NCBI GenBank assembly: GCA_048213135.1
Contig: PS015401.1
Span: 1-64,000, forward strand
Reading direction: 5' to 3'
Length of the DNA stretch: 64,000 nt
Source: Reclinomonas americana ATCC 50394
Taxonomy: Eukaryota
Position numbers and translations under genes: made by a program. Below are positions 11,857 through 24,908 of the stretch, one piece after another (the stretch's first letter is position 1; each line of letters starts with the position of its first letter). Below the pieces are notes generated by a model. It was not told the origin of the DNA. It saw only the letters and a program-made list of their open reading frames with translations, and ran no database searches.

Positions 11857-14800
11857 CTATTGCCAGACAAGCGGTGTGTCCACCCACTCACCATCGGCAT
11901 CCTCCTCATCGCCGTGAATAAGCAGCATGCGATTCTCCTCCACCGCTTCGGCATTGATGTTACCGACAATCACGTTCTGAGGACGACGCAGAGCCACGCG
12001 ACGGCGCCATCGCACCAGCAGCCACACGACTATTGCAACCACTGCGACGCCGACTGCACATGACACGCCAATCACAATCCACTTCCACACCGGAGGCGAC
12101 GGTATTGGTGGATCAGGTCCAGGTCCTCCACCGGTCGTCAACACACGCACGTTGGCCGACGGGATCGACTGGCCGTACGAGTTGATGGCGCGCACGTTCA
12201 CCACATACGGTGTGCCAGGCTGCAGGTTCGCCTGAGTGAACGTGTAGTTGGCACGCGATGACGACGACGACGTCGACTCGGTGGCGTTCTTGTAGCTGAC
12301 AATCACGTTGCCACCGCTCTCTGGAAATACCTGGATCTGGTAGCTGGTGATCAGACCGAGACCAGTGTACACCGGGGTCGAGAAGTTGATGGTGATTGTC
12401 GTGTCAGACACAGCACCCTGAGTCGGCGCGGCCGGAGCGGCAGCCTGGCCCGTCTGGGTCAGAGCGCCCTGAGTCGGCGTGCCAATGTTGTTGTTGGCGG
12501 TGCCCTGCGAGCCCTGGCCGAGGCCGACCGTGTTGCCACCGATCAGCACCATGCGGTAGCGCGACGACGGCTTGATGGTCTGGAACAGCTGCACGCAAGT
12601 GCCGGCAATGGCCGGGTTGGTGCCGCTGCCGAGCACAGCAGTGTTCATGCCCAGGCCGTCAGCGGCGGCCGGGTTGCCAGTCGACGCCAGGAAGCGGGTC
12701 GTCCACTGCCAGAACACCAGGTAGTAGGTGGCGGCCGCAGTCGTGCCCGAGCCCACCGAAGTCCACGACACGCGGTACTCGTTGGCGGCGTAAAAGTCCA
12801 GCGACGGGGTGCCAGCAGCCGGCACAATGCCAGTCGTGGTCACCGGTGACGCCTGGATGTAGATCGACAGCGAGTTGTTGCCCGTGCCAACCCAGTTGGT
12901 GGCGTTGAGGAAGAAGCGGTAGAAGTTGCCGTTCACCACCGTCACAGATGCCCTGGTGTCGATGGGACCCAACGCCACCGTCGGGCTCGACGCAGTCGTG
13001 CCCGACGTGCCAGTCAGAGCCTGGTTAGAGATGGCAGTCGACGCGCCAGTGGCGGTCGTCCACGAGAACGTAATCGCCGTGCCACTGTTGCTGATCACCG
13101 CAAAGTTGGTTTGGTCGTTCGGCACCTGGCCCGTCAGCACGTTGTTGTTGAGGCCGTTGCCGATGATGCCGTCACCGAAGGTGGCCTGAGTGGTCGAAGT
13201 GCCAATGCCGTTGATGCCGCGCACATCGATGAAGTAGTTAGTGGCGTCAGTGAGGCCGCGGATCACAGCCTGCTGCACCGAGGTGGTGTTCTGGGTCAGC
13301 GTGCTGGCCGTAGCCGCGCGCCACGACACCTGCCACTGGTTCACGAAGCCCTGGCCGCCAGTCTCCTGCGGCTGTCCCCAGCTGAGCCAGATCGAGGTCG
13401 AGCGCTTGAGAAGAAGGTTCGACGACAGCGATGTGATGCCGCTAGGACGCACAGGCGACGTGGCCGTGGTGATGGTGATGGCCGACGCAGACCAGGCAGT
13501 CTGGTAGCCGTTGAACGACGCCACGCCAATGCGGTACTTGGTGTTGGAGGTCAGGCCGTTCACCAGCAGCGTCGTGGTGGTCCAGCCGAGCGAACCAATG
13601 ATCTGGTTCACAAACGAGTCCGGCACGAAGGCGGTCGAGGTGACGTTGGTCAGGTTCTGCACCAGCACCTGCACGCCGACGTAGTTCGAGAAGCCGTCCG
13701 AGGTGGCCAGCAAGTACTGCGTGCCGATCGCCGTCGACGGGGTCGACAGCGTGAAGGTGGCGTAGCCGGAGCCAGTCGTGCCAGCCGAGCCGCCAGTGGT
13801 CAGAGCCGGCAGCGGGTACGGGCGCACAATCGAGTTGGCAATCTGCGACAGAGTGCCCGACTGAGCACCGTTCTGCGTCGAGGTCACGCCAGAGTCCGAG
13901 CGGGTGTTGGTGGCCTGCACGGCGTAGGTGTACGACTTGCCCGGAATGGTCGGGAAGTTGAAGTTGGTGGTCAGCGTCGTCCACGTGTAGGTGCGGTTGC
14001 AGTTGCTGGTTTTCTGCGTCACAACGTAGCCGTTGATCGAGGTGCCACCAATGCCAATCGGCGACGCCCACGAGATGCTGGTGATGGTGTCCTGGTAGCA
14101 GTTGCCAGAGAAGCCCACACCGAGGGTACCAGCCACGAAAGCGCATCCGGCGCTCGAGTTGGTGCCCTGCGAGTTCGCAATACCAGCAGCCAGCGTCGGG
14201 GCGGCCGGGGCGATCGGTGCGTCATCTGTGTGGTGGAAAAGGGAACAGGTGGATGAGATACTGATATTCAAAAGAAGCAGATGGTTCCGCGTCTATCTCC
14301 CCCTATCCCCTCTCCTGTCCTCTTTCCTTTCCCCCCTTTCACGCAACTGGTGTTGTGAGTGGTCTGAGTGATCGGACCAGCAGCCGTGGCCGAGTTGGTC
14401 GACGTGGCAGCGGCGTACACCTGGTACGTGTACGACGTGTTGGCCGTCAGCGTCGTGTCGGCAGTGTAAGCGGCGGTCAGCGCCCAGCCAGCCGGCAGGG
14501 TCACCGTGCCCACAGACACCGGGGTCGCGCTGCCCTGGCCGCGGAAGATGGTGAACACCGTCACGGCATCGGAGCCAAAGTTCTGCGGAATCGTCCACTG
14601 CAGGAAGATGTTGGTCAGGCCGTACTGCGTCACGACCAGGTTGGTCGGCGGGTTCGGCACGACACCGGTGGCAGCCGGAGTGGTGAAGTTGATGGCAGTG
14701 CTGAACACGCACGTCACCGGGTTGGCGGCAGTGCCAGCCGGGTTGAAGGGCGACGTCGGGAAGGCAATCGAGAACTGGTTGCTGGCGCACACCTGCAGGT

Positions 14801-17800
14801 TGACCGAGGTGCCAGCCGGCAGGCCAGTCACGTCAATGTAGTAGGTCGACAGGTTGGCGTTCCACGATCCAGTGCCAGTGCCGTTGGTGGTCGGGATGGA
14901 GCTGGTGTCAATGTTGACGGCAAGGCCTGCAGTGGCCGCAGTCACCGACGAGGCGCTGGTAGTGTAGTACACCACACGGTAGGCGCTCACGTTCGGAGTC
15001 GGGGTCGTCACGTTGCCCTGAGTGGCACTCGAGGTGGCAGTGTTGGAGCCGCCGACGCTGATCGGGGTCGAGAAGTTGAGGCGCACGCCAGTCGAGAACA
15101 GGCGCGAGTACGCCACGCCAGTGGGCGCAGCCGGCACAGAGCCGTTGTTGTCGGTGGTGGCCTGGAGGGAGCCGGCCGCCGAGGCAGTGGTGTTGTTGTT
15201 CACAGTGACGCGGATCTTGGTCGTGTACTGCGTGGCAGCCACTAAGTTGTTGGCGGTGCCGCTCACAGTGAAGCCGGTGATCTGCTGGTAGAAGCCAGAG
15301 TTGTACGAGAACAGGCCGAAGAACGAGGTGGCAATGTTGCCGTTGGAAGTCACGCCAGTGGTGATGGCAGGCTGGTCAGTGCTGGCGCTGGTCACCTTGT
15401 AGGCGGCCGTCGGCGTAGCGCCAGTGTCGCCAGTGCCAAAGGTGGCCGGGTAGTTGAAGGCGACGACAAACGACGTCGAAGTGACCTGGTCCACAGAGCC
15501 AGTGTACGGAGCCACCGTGTAGCCAGTCGGCGTGGCCGGCGCACCGGACGCCAGGGTCACAGTCACGGCGGTCGAGAAGGTCAGGTTGGCACCGTTGGCA
15601 CCCGGAGTGCCGCTGCCGTTGTTGTAAGCAGTCGAGATGGCGCAGCTGGTGCCAGTCAAGCCAGTGACCTTGACGAGCACGCGATTGCGCGACAGACCAG
15701 AGCTGCCGGCCGGGATGCTGAAATCGGTAAGGTCGCCAACGGTGGTGACCACAGTCACCGCACCGGTGCCGCAGTCCGACTTGACGTACCACGAGGCAGC
15801 GCCAATCACACCCACGTTGGCCGCCACACCCTCCCACTCCACCCACGCCGAGGTCGACGTGACGTAGCGCAGGTTGGACGACAGCGTCGGCGCCGCAGTC
15901 GACACCTTGGTGGCATCCGAGCCGCTGGTGGTCAGAGTGCCGCTCCAGGCCGCAGCCGAGCGGTTCACCTGCGACTCAGTCCACACGTTGATGGTGTAGC
16001 CCTGGCCAGTGGAGGCACTGGCGGCCGCAAGAGTGGCCAGAGTCACACCGCGCCACGCACTGGACGAGATGTTGGTCTTGGTGACAGTGGTGGGACCAGC
16101 GTCGCCGACCAAGAACGCGCGGTAGGCAGTGGTGCCGGTGGCGAGGTTGGTGGTCTGCAGTACGGTGATGGTGGTGTCAATGTCCTGGAAGGTGCTGGCA
16201 GTGGCACCGACGGCAGAGTTGGAGGAGAGACCGCCCTGGCCGACGAGATCAGTCGGCAGCTGCAGCCAGATGGTGGCCTGGGTGCTGCCAATATAGTAGA
16301 TGGCGTTGGAGCTGGCGGTGGTGACCGGAGCGCGGTCTATATTGAGGGAAGGAAGTAGGAAGTGTGAGCTCACCAATGGTGAGAAAATTAATGAGAGAAA
16401 AGAGAAAGTGGGCGGTGCGCAACTGGTGGCAGTCCAGAAGTTGGTGCCAGTCGGTGAGGCGGGGTAAGACGAGTTCGTGCTGGTCGCATTCCTGACGGAG
16501 AATCTAACTTGTGGGAAGTACTGACGGCCGGGAAGGAGGCCGGAGAGGGTGACCTGCCAGCCGTCGAGGTGGCCAGTGGCCGGCTGGTCGTTGTTGGCCG
16601 TGGTGGTGAGGCCCGACAAGACAAAGACACCACGCAAGTTGGCAGAGCCAGTGGCAGTAAACGCGTAGACGCTGGCGGCAGACGAGGCGTTGACGTTGGC
16701 CTGGTTAGCAACGTACTGCGCCTGGGCGGCGGTCAAGGTGATGACGAACGTCAGCGCGGTGTCGGTGATGTCGATGACGGTGATAGAGTTGGCAGTAGCG
16801 AGTTCGCCAGCGTTGCTGCCAGCACCGGAGGGAGTAACTGCCGTGGTGACGGCGGTGACGGTGGCAGAGTACGCGGTGCCACCGGCAATGAGATCAGGAG
16901 GCAGGGAGAGGTGAAGAACATCGCCAATCTGATAGTCCTGCCCGGGTGCACCGTTGAGCGCTGACGCTGCACCACTGTGGTCAACAGTAATCAGCAGCGT
17001 TGCACCCGCACCACTACCACTGGTCGTCGTGGACACATTGTTGTACAAGCTTGATGTACCGTACCCAGTACCACCGGTGGTGTTACTCAGCATTGCAATT
17101 GCACCACCGGTAACCGAGGCAACCTTCACCGTAATCTGATCGCCAACGGCCGGAGTCGGCAAGTAGGCGCTCCCACTTTTACAGCCTCCTCCGCCGCCCA
17201 GAATTCTGAATGTGTCATTCATCGCGTAGCCAGAGCCACCGCTGTTGATGGTGACGGCGGTGATGGTGCCGGTCGGAGAAACAACGACATCGACCGTCGC
17301 ATTAACACCAGTGCCAGTAACGGCAGTGGTGGCACAACCGACGTATTTCTTGCTGAAGCTGTCGCTTCCGGCAGTTACAATCAATGATGCAACACCGTCT
17401 AAAGTGGCATTCGATTGCGTGGCACTTGCGGAACAACAGTAGAGGCGCGCAGAGGCCCCACCACTCACCAATGTCCAACTCACACCAAATGTAGTGGTCG
17501 TTGTCGGCGTGGTTCCACGGATCGCCACCAAGAATTTGGAAGCACTCAGTGCAGTCGTCGCAGTGTTTCCATCAAGATAAGCAAAATCCGCGGCCACCAC
17601 TCCATTGTTGCCAGCAGATGTACCGGCGACGAAGCCAATGGCGTTGACACCACCAATAGCAGTGCCAGTGGCGGCAGTCGCCACCACACCACGCTGCTGC
17701 GGGGAGCCGGCGTACAGCACGACGAAATTGACACCAACAGTGACGAATGCATTGATGGAAGTTACGGCATTTCCAGCACGGTCATACCAGACAGCGCTTC

Positions 17801-19911
17801 GGGGCGCCGCCACACCGAGGGAGGATATTGCCGTCACAGAAGCTCTTCCGACGGCGGCACCAGAAATGGACGTCGCCACAAGATTAACAGTTCCGACACC
17901 GCCATCGCCAGGGAGAGAATGCGAAAAGGTCATCGTGCCAGTGAGGTCACTGGGGCCCATCGACACAGTGCCCACAGCACCAGCGACGCCATTGGCAGAA
18001 AACGTGTACGGAGTCGCACCAAAGCCACCACCACCAATGGTTGTGGCAGCATTCAGGCTACCCAGGCAATTGGTGATCGTGCTGCCAGTCACCGACCAGC
18101 AGGCCACAAGGGTCTGAGCCGGCAACACCGGGCTGGCATCGGCGGCAGTCAGAGTGATTTCGAGCTGCGAGGCAACGTCGAGAGCAGCAGTGCCGTCACC
18201 ATTGGCGTTCTGCGCAGTCACGCGGATGCGGTACTTGGTGATGTTGGTCGAAGACAGCTTTGAGATTAGAATGTGACCACCAGACAAACGTCCGAAGGCG
18301 CTGTCGTAAGCCGGCGTGCCAGTGAATGAGGTGGAAGAAAAGGCGTTGAACAGAACAGTGCCGCCGTTGGCGGAGGCCGCAGCCTCCACCTTGAAGCTGG
18401 TGATGGCACCGCCAGTCAGCTGCGGGCTCGTCCACGAGATCAGACCGCCGTCAGAAGCAGCCGCCACCAGGGTCGGGATTGTGACCTTGTCCGGAGACTG
18501 CTTGCCGTCCTGGGTGGTCACCGTGGCGGTCTGCGAGGAAGGAGAAGGAGAAGAGGGAGGGTGAACAGCGTGCAAAAACGCAAGACGAAAAGAGAGACGC
18601 AACAATGCTCCACGGGCCAAAACCCCACTGGCCCACAGCACGCACGCGCACAATGTAGCGAGTGCTTGGTCGCAGAATTCCATAGGAGGCGATTGCGCCA
18701 GTGCCCGACACCACGCACGACTGCTGCGAGAACGGGCCAGAGGTGAACGGGTTAATGGCCGCGTTGGCGTTGTTGCCGTTGATGGTCTCGGAGAAGAAGG
18801 TCACCGGAGTCCAGGCGATCAGCGAGTTGTTGGAATGACTGTAGATCTGCACCTGGAAGAAAGGGCTTTGCAGCTGGTTGAAGTACGGGTTTCCAGAGCC
18901 AGTGGCGCCAGTCTGGCCGAGCTTGATCGGCGGGTAGAACGACAGCACGAACGAGGTGGCCGACCTGTAATTGATGGACAGGTTGGTCGGCTGGCGCGGG
19001 GTGCCGCTGAGTGGCACAGTCACGACCTGCGATGAGGTGCGGACGCCCTCACCGTACGCGTTGACCGAGTAGGCCTGTGGGTGGGGGAAAGTGACGCGAC
19101 GAGGGGGGAAGAGGAGGGAAGGAGGGAGGGGACGCAACAGCGATGCTGTACTGCACACCCTCCTGGATGTTCTGGTCAAAGTAGCGCAGAATCATGCCGT
19201 AGCAGCCGTAACCACTATACCATGGACCTCCGTTGGCTGCAATGGCGTTGACCGACATGCACTGTTGAGGGAGGAGACGGGAGGAGAGACGGTGGTGATC
19301 AGAGGAGAGGGGAGAGAGAGGAATACGGAGGGGAAGAAAACGCAACAGTGTACTTGGTGGTGCCACCAGTGCTGGCAACGTCGACACCGAACTCCAAGGG
19401 CAACGCGTTGCCCTGGTTGACGGGGTTGGTCCAGTTGACCCAGATGGCCGACTGTGAGCCGGTAGGGAAGGAGGTGTCGAGGTCTGTGGGAGAGAGAGAA
19501 GGGAGGGAGAGAGGGAGAGGGAGAAAGTGAGAGAGGGAGGAGGTGTGCACACAACAAAGCAAATGCGACAGCGACAAAGATGAAGAGATATAGCGAGATA
19601 GAGAAGACTGGAGAGAGTTGGAAGCAAGAAGACAGCTGAGAAGAAAGAAGATACACAAAAGAGAGAGAGAGAGACAACAATGCACCATCCTCGCCCACAG
19701 CCTTGATGATCTGGAACTGCTCTGGTGCCGCTGAGCTTCCAGGAGCATAGAGCTCGCTGGCGAGTGCGAGTGGAACTGAGGCAAGAGATGCGTGCGTGAG
19801 AGAGTGGCATGTTGTTCAAAAATGAATGATGGATGACTCACGAAGCAGGAGCAGCAGTGCCACAATGATGACTACAAGTGACACGAAGTTCTGAGTGGGT
19901 AGCGACGGCAT
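11857..19911 (-). CDS. Giant (~2,400 aa) type I membrane protein with multiple fibronectin type III-like domains, Ser/Thr/Gly-rich
   Basis: Spliced signal peptide [31 protein letters not shown]3 motifs (NLQPGTPYVVNVRAINSYG, GLTDATNYFIDVRGING, LRPSTRYIVRVRAVG); TM helix WIVIGVSCAVGVAVVAIVVWLLV then RWRRR; short acidic tail; 7 inferred introns. Confidence 0.88.
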
Positions 19912-20158
19912 TGCACAATGCTACACTCGTTCCCGGCACCTACGCATGTACGTGGAGAGAGAACGAATCCAAGACGTCCTGCGAACACTCAAAACACGGC
20001 CATTGTTCCGAACAATCCTTGACGCTGCCTCTGCCGATCGGCCTGTCTTCTTCTTCTTCTTCTCTGTCTACCTCTCTCTCTCTCTCAACAACTGCATTTT
20101 GACTTTGGAAACAGTTTCCAATCTTACACTCCCAAATTCTTCTGACTACGACTCTGTC

Positions 20159-23100
20159 TCACTGAATGGCCAGCACAGCAGTCGCCAACAGTTCGTCCAC
20201 ATTGGCACCGGCGCCACGCAGGAATCGCTGCCCCTTGTTGAAACTGCAACCGAAACCCAGACAGTGAGATGTACAGCAGCAGGTGGTGGTGAAACACACA
20301 AGTGCACAAGAGACGAACATCAGCTGCCACTCGCCACGACGCGCAGCGCCCACGGTCTGCAAGCCATCAATTAATTAGTCCATCGAAGGTTGCACCTTCT
20401 TCCACACAATCAACACTTGTGCACAAACCTGCAGCACAGCCATTGCAATCGCAGTCCACCACACCTTGTCGTCGGCCACCGACGCCGGACGCAGTGCATT
20501 CAGCTGCTCCACAGTCTTCTTCGTGTAGCCCGCAATCAGTCCGCTCTCCGATGGCGACCAGAACCCAGCAAACTGCACAGACAGAAGTAAGGAACACACA
20601 CAACGACAGAGAGAGATTGTTGGTTGCGCAACGTTTTGCTTCAGCATCAGTGAATCCTGTGTGGAATCGAGTGAGCAGCAAAGATTGATGACAACAGCAC
20701 CTGCTGCAGACGCAACGAGATTCAAGACTGGCGCTGCCACAACGGAGCTCTTGCCGACTGGCTTTTCTTGCTGCCTGCACAGTTGTTTCATCAGAGTCAG
20801 CTTCCCTCACACGCATCAATGAGTAGCGGGTTCGACGCACTTTTCCTCTGCCTCGTACGACGCCAAAGAGGCAGCGAGTACTGCAGCCAGATCAGGGTCG
20901 TCTTCATCGTCTCCAGCAGCCATTACCGCACCTTCAGCTGCCAGGCTCCTCTCCACGGCCAGACCACCGATGTCCAACGCGCGCAGGTCTACATCAGCCG
21001 CTGGAGCTGGACTGTACGCGAACAGGCTGTCCAGCGCACTGCTTTCACGAGCGGCGAGGCCCACGGCGGCGGCTTGCATGTATCCAGCTGCGCCTGCAGG
21101 AGGTGGTGGTGGTAATGGCATTCCTCCGTACGCGTGCATCGGGAATGCCGCCTGCGGGGCTGGTGCTCCATACATCTGAGGCGGAGCATATGCTGCGGGT
21201 GCTGCCACTGGTCCGCCTCGCAAAACAGGCATCGGTCGATGCTGTTGCTGCTGCTGTGGCTGCTGAGGACGGCCGAAAACTGCACCCGAGGCTACTGCCA
21301 GGTCACTGAACGGGTCTGCTGCTGGCGACGCATCTGGGCATTGAAATAACAAGCGAATTGCACAGGCATTAAGCAAAAGTACACCAGATCGACGAGATTC
21401 AGCCGCTGCTCATACCTTCTTCTGCTTCGCCGAAATCGTCCGCATACGCGAGGTGGTTTGCGTGACTGCAGCACGGCGAATAGTGAATCACATGCAACAT
21501 CCAGTGACATCACATCAACAAGCTGTTACTCACTGCGGCATGTGACCGTCAAATGCCCTCGGCATCGCACCATGGCCACCAAGTTCCCTCGCCATTTCGG
21601 CAGGCGCGAAAAACGCGGCCATCGCTGGGCGCATCTGTGGACCACCACCACCACCGCCAAAGGCCGCAAAATTTGGCGCTAGCACACTCGACGTGGCAGT
21701 GGCTGCAATAGGTGCACTGCAATACCAATTCTCAGTGGTGAGGATAGATCTGACATGGAAGCCAGAGTGACAAGCAATACTCAACGATTTGTAGCCGCTC
21801 TCGAGAGCAATGTTGATCTCACGCAACACCGGAGCCACTGCACACGCAACATCACAACCGTCAGACAACTCACTGAACACTTTGGATTGCGCTTGCATGC
21901 GCATACACCCACCATCACTGGCGGCCGACGGAGTGTCGTCCACCACAATGAAATTCGTGTGCTTCGACGCCAGCTTGAAGCGTGTCGCCAACTCAACAAT
22001 GTCGCCAGTCGATCTGCACGGGTCACTCAGAACAACAACAACGAAGGCGCATGTGCAGTCTCCCGTTCTTCACATGCACGCACCCGTTGTGAGTCTCCAA
22101 GTGCGCGATCTTACTCTTGGCTGCACACACAAACAACACGTCAGCACAGAAATCGCTAGTGATTCAACACACCACAGTTCATGATCGGCACAATACCAGC
22201 AAGAGTGTGCACTTGCGTGCCGCGCACAGCCGCACCAGAACGAACAGTTGCCGACTCCTCCACTTCCTCTGCCAAAGATGCACAAACCAGTGAGTATCGA
22301 CTTGTGTGGCACTGAAGAGATTTCGCACTCACCGGCACCCTGCTGCCACGTCAGCTTGACCTCAAACGAGCCGACATCACGCGGTGCAAACATGTACACG
22401 CAGTGCAACTCGCCCTGGAACGTCGGCGGAATCACATCGTCGGCCACATGCACACGCGGGTTGTCGACCGTGATCTTGCAGTTTGTCAGCGCCGGTTGCA
22501 TGGCGCCTGTGAGGACACCAAACACAGACGGACGCATCCCACCGCCGTCAGCTTCCATTTGCTTCGTGCGAGGAGCACAATGCCACGCAACGAGTGAGTT
22601 GGGTGATGACCAGCGAGGCCATTTGCTGCTCCCCAATCTTGCTGAACGCAGCACTGCCGTTTCCCTTGCGCGCCAGTTCCAACACCAGCTCGGCATCCAC
22701 CTGCAGCCAAGATGCACAGTGAGCATTTCCCACACCTGCGCAGACAGCCGCCAGGAGACTCACATCGTTGCCGATGCCGATGGACCACACTCGAGTCGTT
22801 CCCGCATGCTGCACCACTGTGGATCTCGTTGTCGTCAGCCAACGACGAACAGATGAAGATGACTGCCTGCTGTCACACTGACCTTCGTTGACACAATCCT
22901 GGGTGTTCTCCACCTCACCGTCAGTCAGCACAAACAACTGGCGGCTGTAGCCGGCCACCACTGGCTGACGGAAGATTGCACCCAGCGGTGCCAGCAGATT
23001 CGTGCCACCGAGGTCACCATCAGCGCGCTCGACATACGCACGCGCCTCGGTCAGCGTGTCCTCGTCGACCTTGCGCGACTGCGGCCACAGGCTGTGGAAT

Positions 23101-24636
23101 ACACCACCAAATCTGCGACCAAAGAAGAGCAGACGCTGTGCAATGAGATACACAAAACACGAAAAACGGTCACCCCCGATACATGCAGACCGATAGATGT
23201 TGAACATGACGCCAGGTGCGAGACTCTGCAAGAACAGTTGCATGGCGCGCTTGGCTTCGCGGATTGGTCCACCACTCATCGACCCACCTGCAGCACAAAA
23301 TGAGCGATGACGATTGCACATGCCACTCCTTCACAGCATGCCAACGCAACTGCAGTCCAACAGGAACACAATCTCCGTGTTGATCTCCACATCCAGGTTG
23401 GCATCCAACGCCGGGGCAATCGTCACACACACCGCCAGTTCCTTGTCGGTGCCCGCCAACGCCGGGTCCACCTCCACAGAGACAGCAGGCACTGATGCAT
23501 TGTTCAATGTTGGCCAACAAGAGAAAGAAAGAAAGAGTGACAGACAGCAGCGCACCTGGCAGCTCCTCCAGTGTGAATGATACACACAGGTCGCTGGCAA
23601 ACGACTGTCGCACGTCTTCCAGACGCAGTGTGGCCTCGTTGTCACGCACATCGGTGCTGTGCATTGCGTGATTCTCCGATGTCACATTGGTGATGACCGA
23701 CGGCATTGTGGCCTTCACATCCACCGACGCGCAGAACCGACGCAGCACACCAAAGGCGGTCTCTATCTCCACTGCCTCCGGTGCAGACGAGCCGGCCTCA
23801 CTGTCGACACCGAGTGAGGGAGAGGTGCATCAACAAGGGAAAGAGAGAGGGAGGGAGAGAAATGCAACTCGCGCTCACGCAGTGGTGGCAGCAGCGACTT
23901 GGAGACGACAAAGACGAGGTTCTTGGCCAGTGCATCGGCCTTCAGCTCCGTCACGTATGTGATGCACACGGTGGCCTCGTGTGTCGGATCCAGCCGACCA
24001 ATGTTGACCTGTGTGTGAACGACGAAATGCACGATGGTGGGCGATCGAGTCAGCAGACAACACTGTCTCCTGGCAGCGACGACGCAACAGTGTAGGTGAA
24101 TTCGTCACGCTTCTCGACCATGAAGGGTCGATGTCCGGCCGCAATGGCATCGTCGTAGCGCTCCTGCGCCCGCTGCTTGGCCTCCACAGCGCCCTGCAGC
24201 GATCAGAATCACAGATTAGCTAAAAATATCATGGCGTGTGTGATCAACTGGCGACACGTAGCGCACTCAACTCGCAACACCCGCCCATCAACCTGCACGG
24301 CAAAGTCGCACACGGCAGTCTTGCGGTCACACGGGAACATGTATGTGATCTCCAGCGGCGTGTCAGTGCGATTGGCGTACACCTGGATGCACGTCACTCG
24401 CGCCGTCGCGCCCACAATCTCCGCTTGCACATGCACACCTGTGCCACAGCGAGGACGGAGAGAGAGAGAGAGACGGAGGAAGAAGTACACGAGTGAGACA
24501 AGTGCTTTGAGTGTGAAAGGCGGAAAAATGACAGCCGTGTCGCACCTTCCACAGGCAGCACGCTCTTCCCCGCTGGCACTGTGGGGTCCTCGTAGAAGAG
24601 GCCCGCAATGGGCTGCACAAGTGTTGGTTCCTCCAT
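20159..24636 (-). CDS. VIT + von Willebrand factor A domain protein (VWA5A-like)
   Basis: VIT: YMFPCDRKTAVCDFAVQVDGRVLRGAVEAKQRAQERYDDAIAAG, YTVNIGRL; vWA MIDAS EIVFLLDCSGSMSG, DLGGTNL, LFVLTDGEV, WSIGIG; C-terminal EWQLIFNKG. Confidence 0.9.
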
Positions 24637-24908
24637 GTTCTCTCTCGTTGATTGATGATGTTTGTTGTGTCCACCCCTCCGCTCCACTCGACCAAGCCAT
24701 ACCATTGCAAAAAACACGATGCGTCGCAGCAGTGGTGTCTTTTGTTGCGTATGTGTGTGTCGCCGCTGCATCTTGTCTGCATGCGCTCTCTCCTTCCATC
24801 TCTCCCTCTCTCTGCACGCGCGCGTGTGCGTGTCTGGGGGGTGGTGATGTGCATTTCCTCTCTTGTCGCCCCGGCACTCTCTGACACTGCTCTCCGCGCT
24901 TGCTGCAG

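Noticed and set aside
13111-18263. Long + strand ORFs antisense to the FN3 gene
   Set aside because: Shadow frames of GC-rich codon usage with no recognisable motifs.
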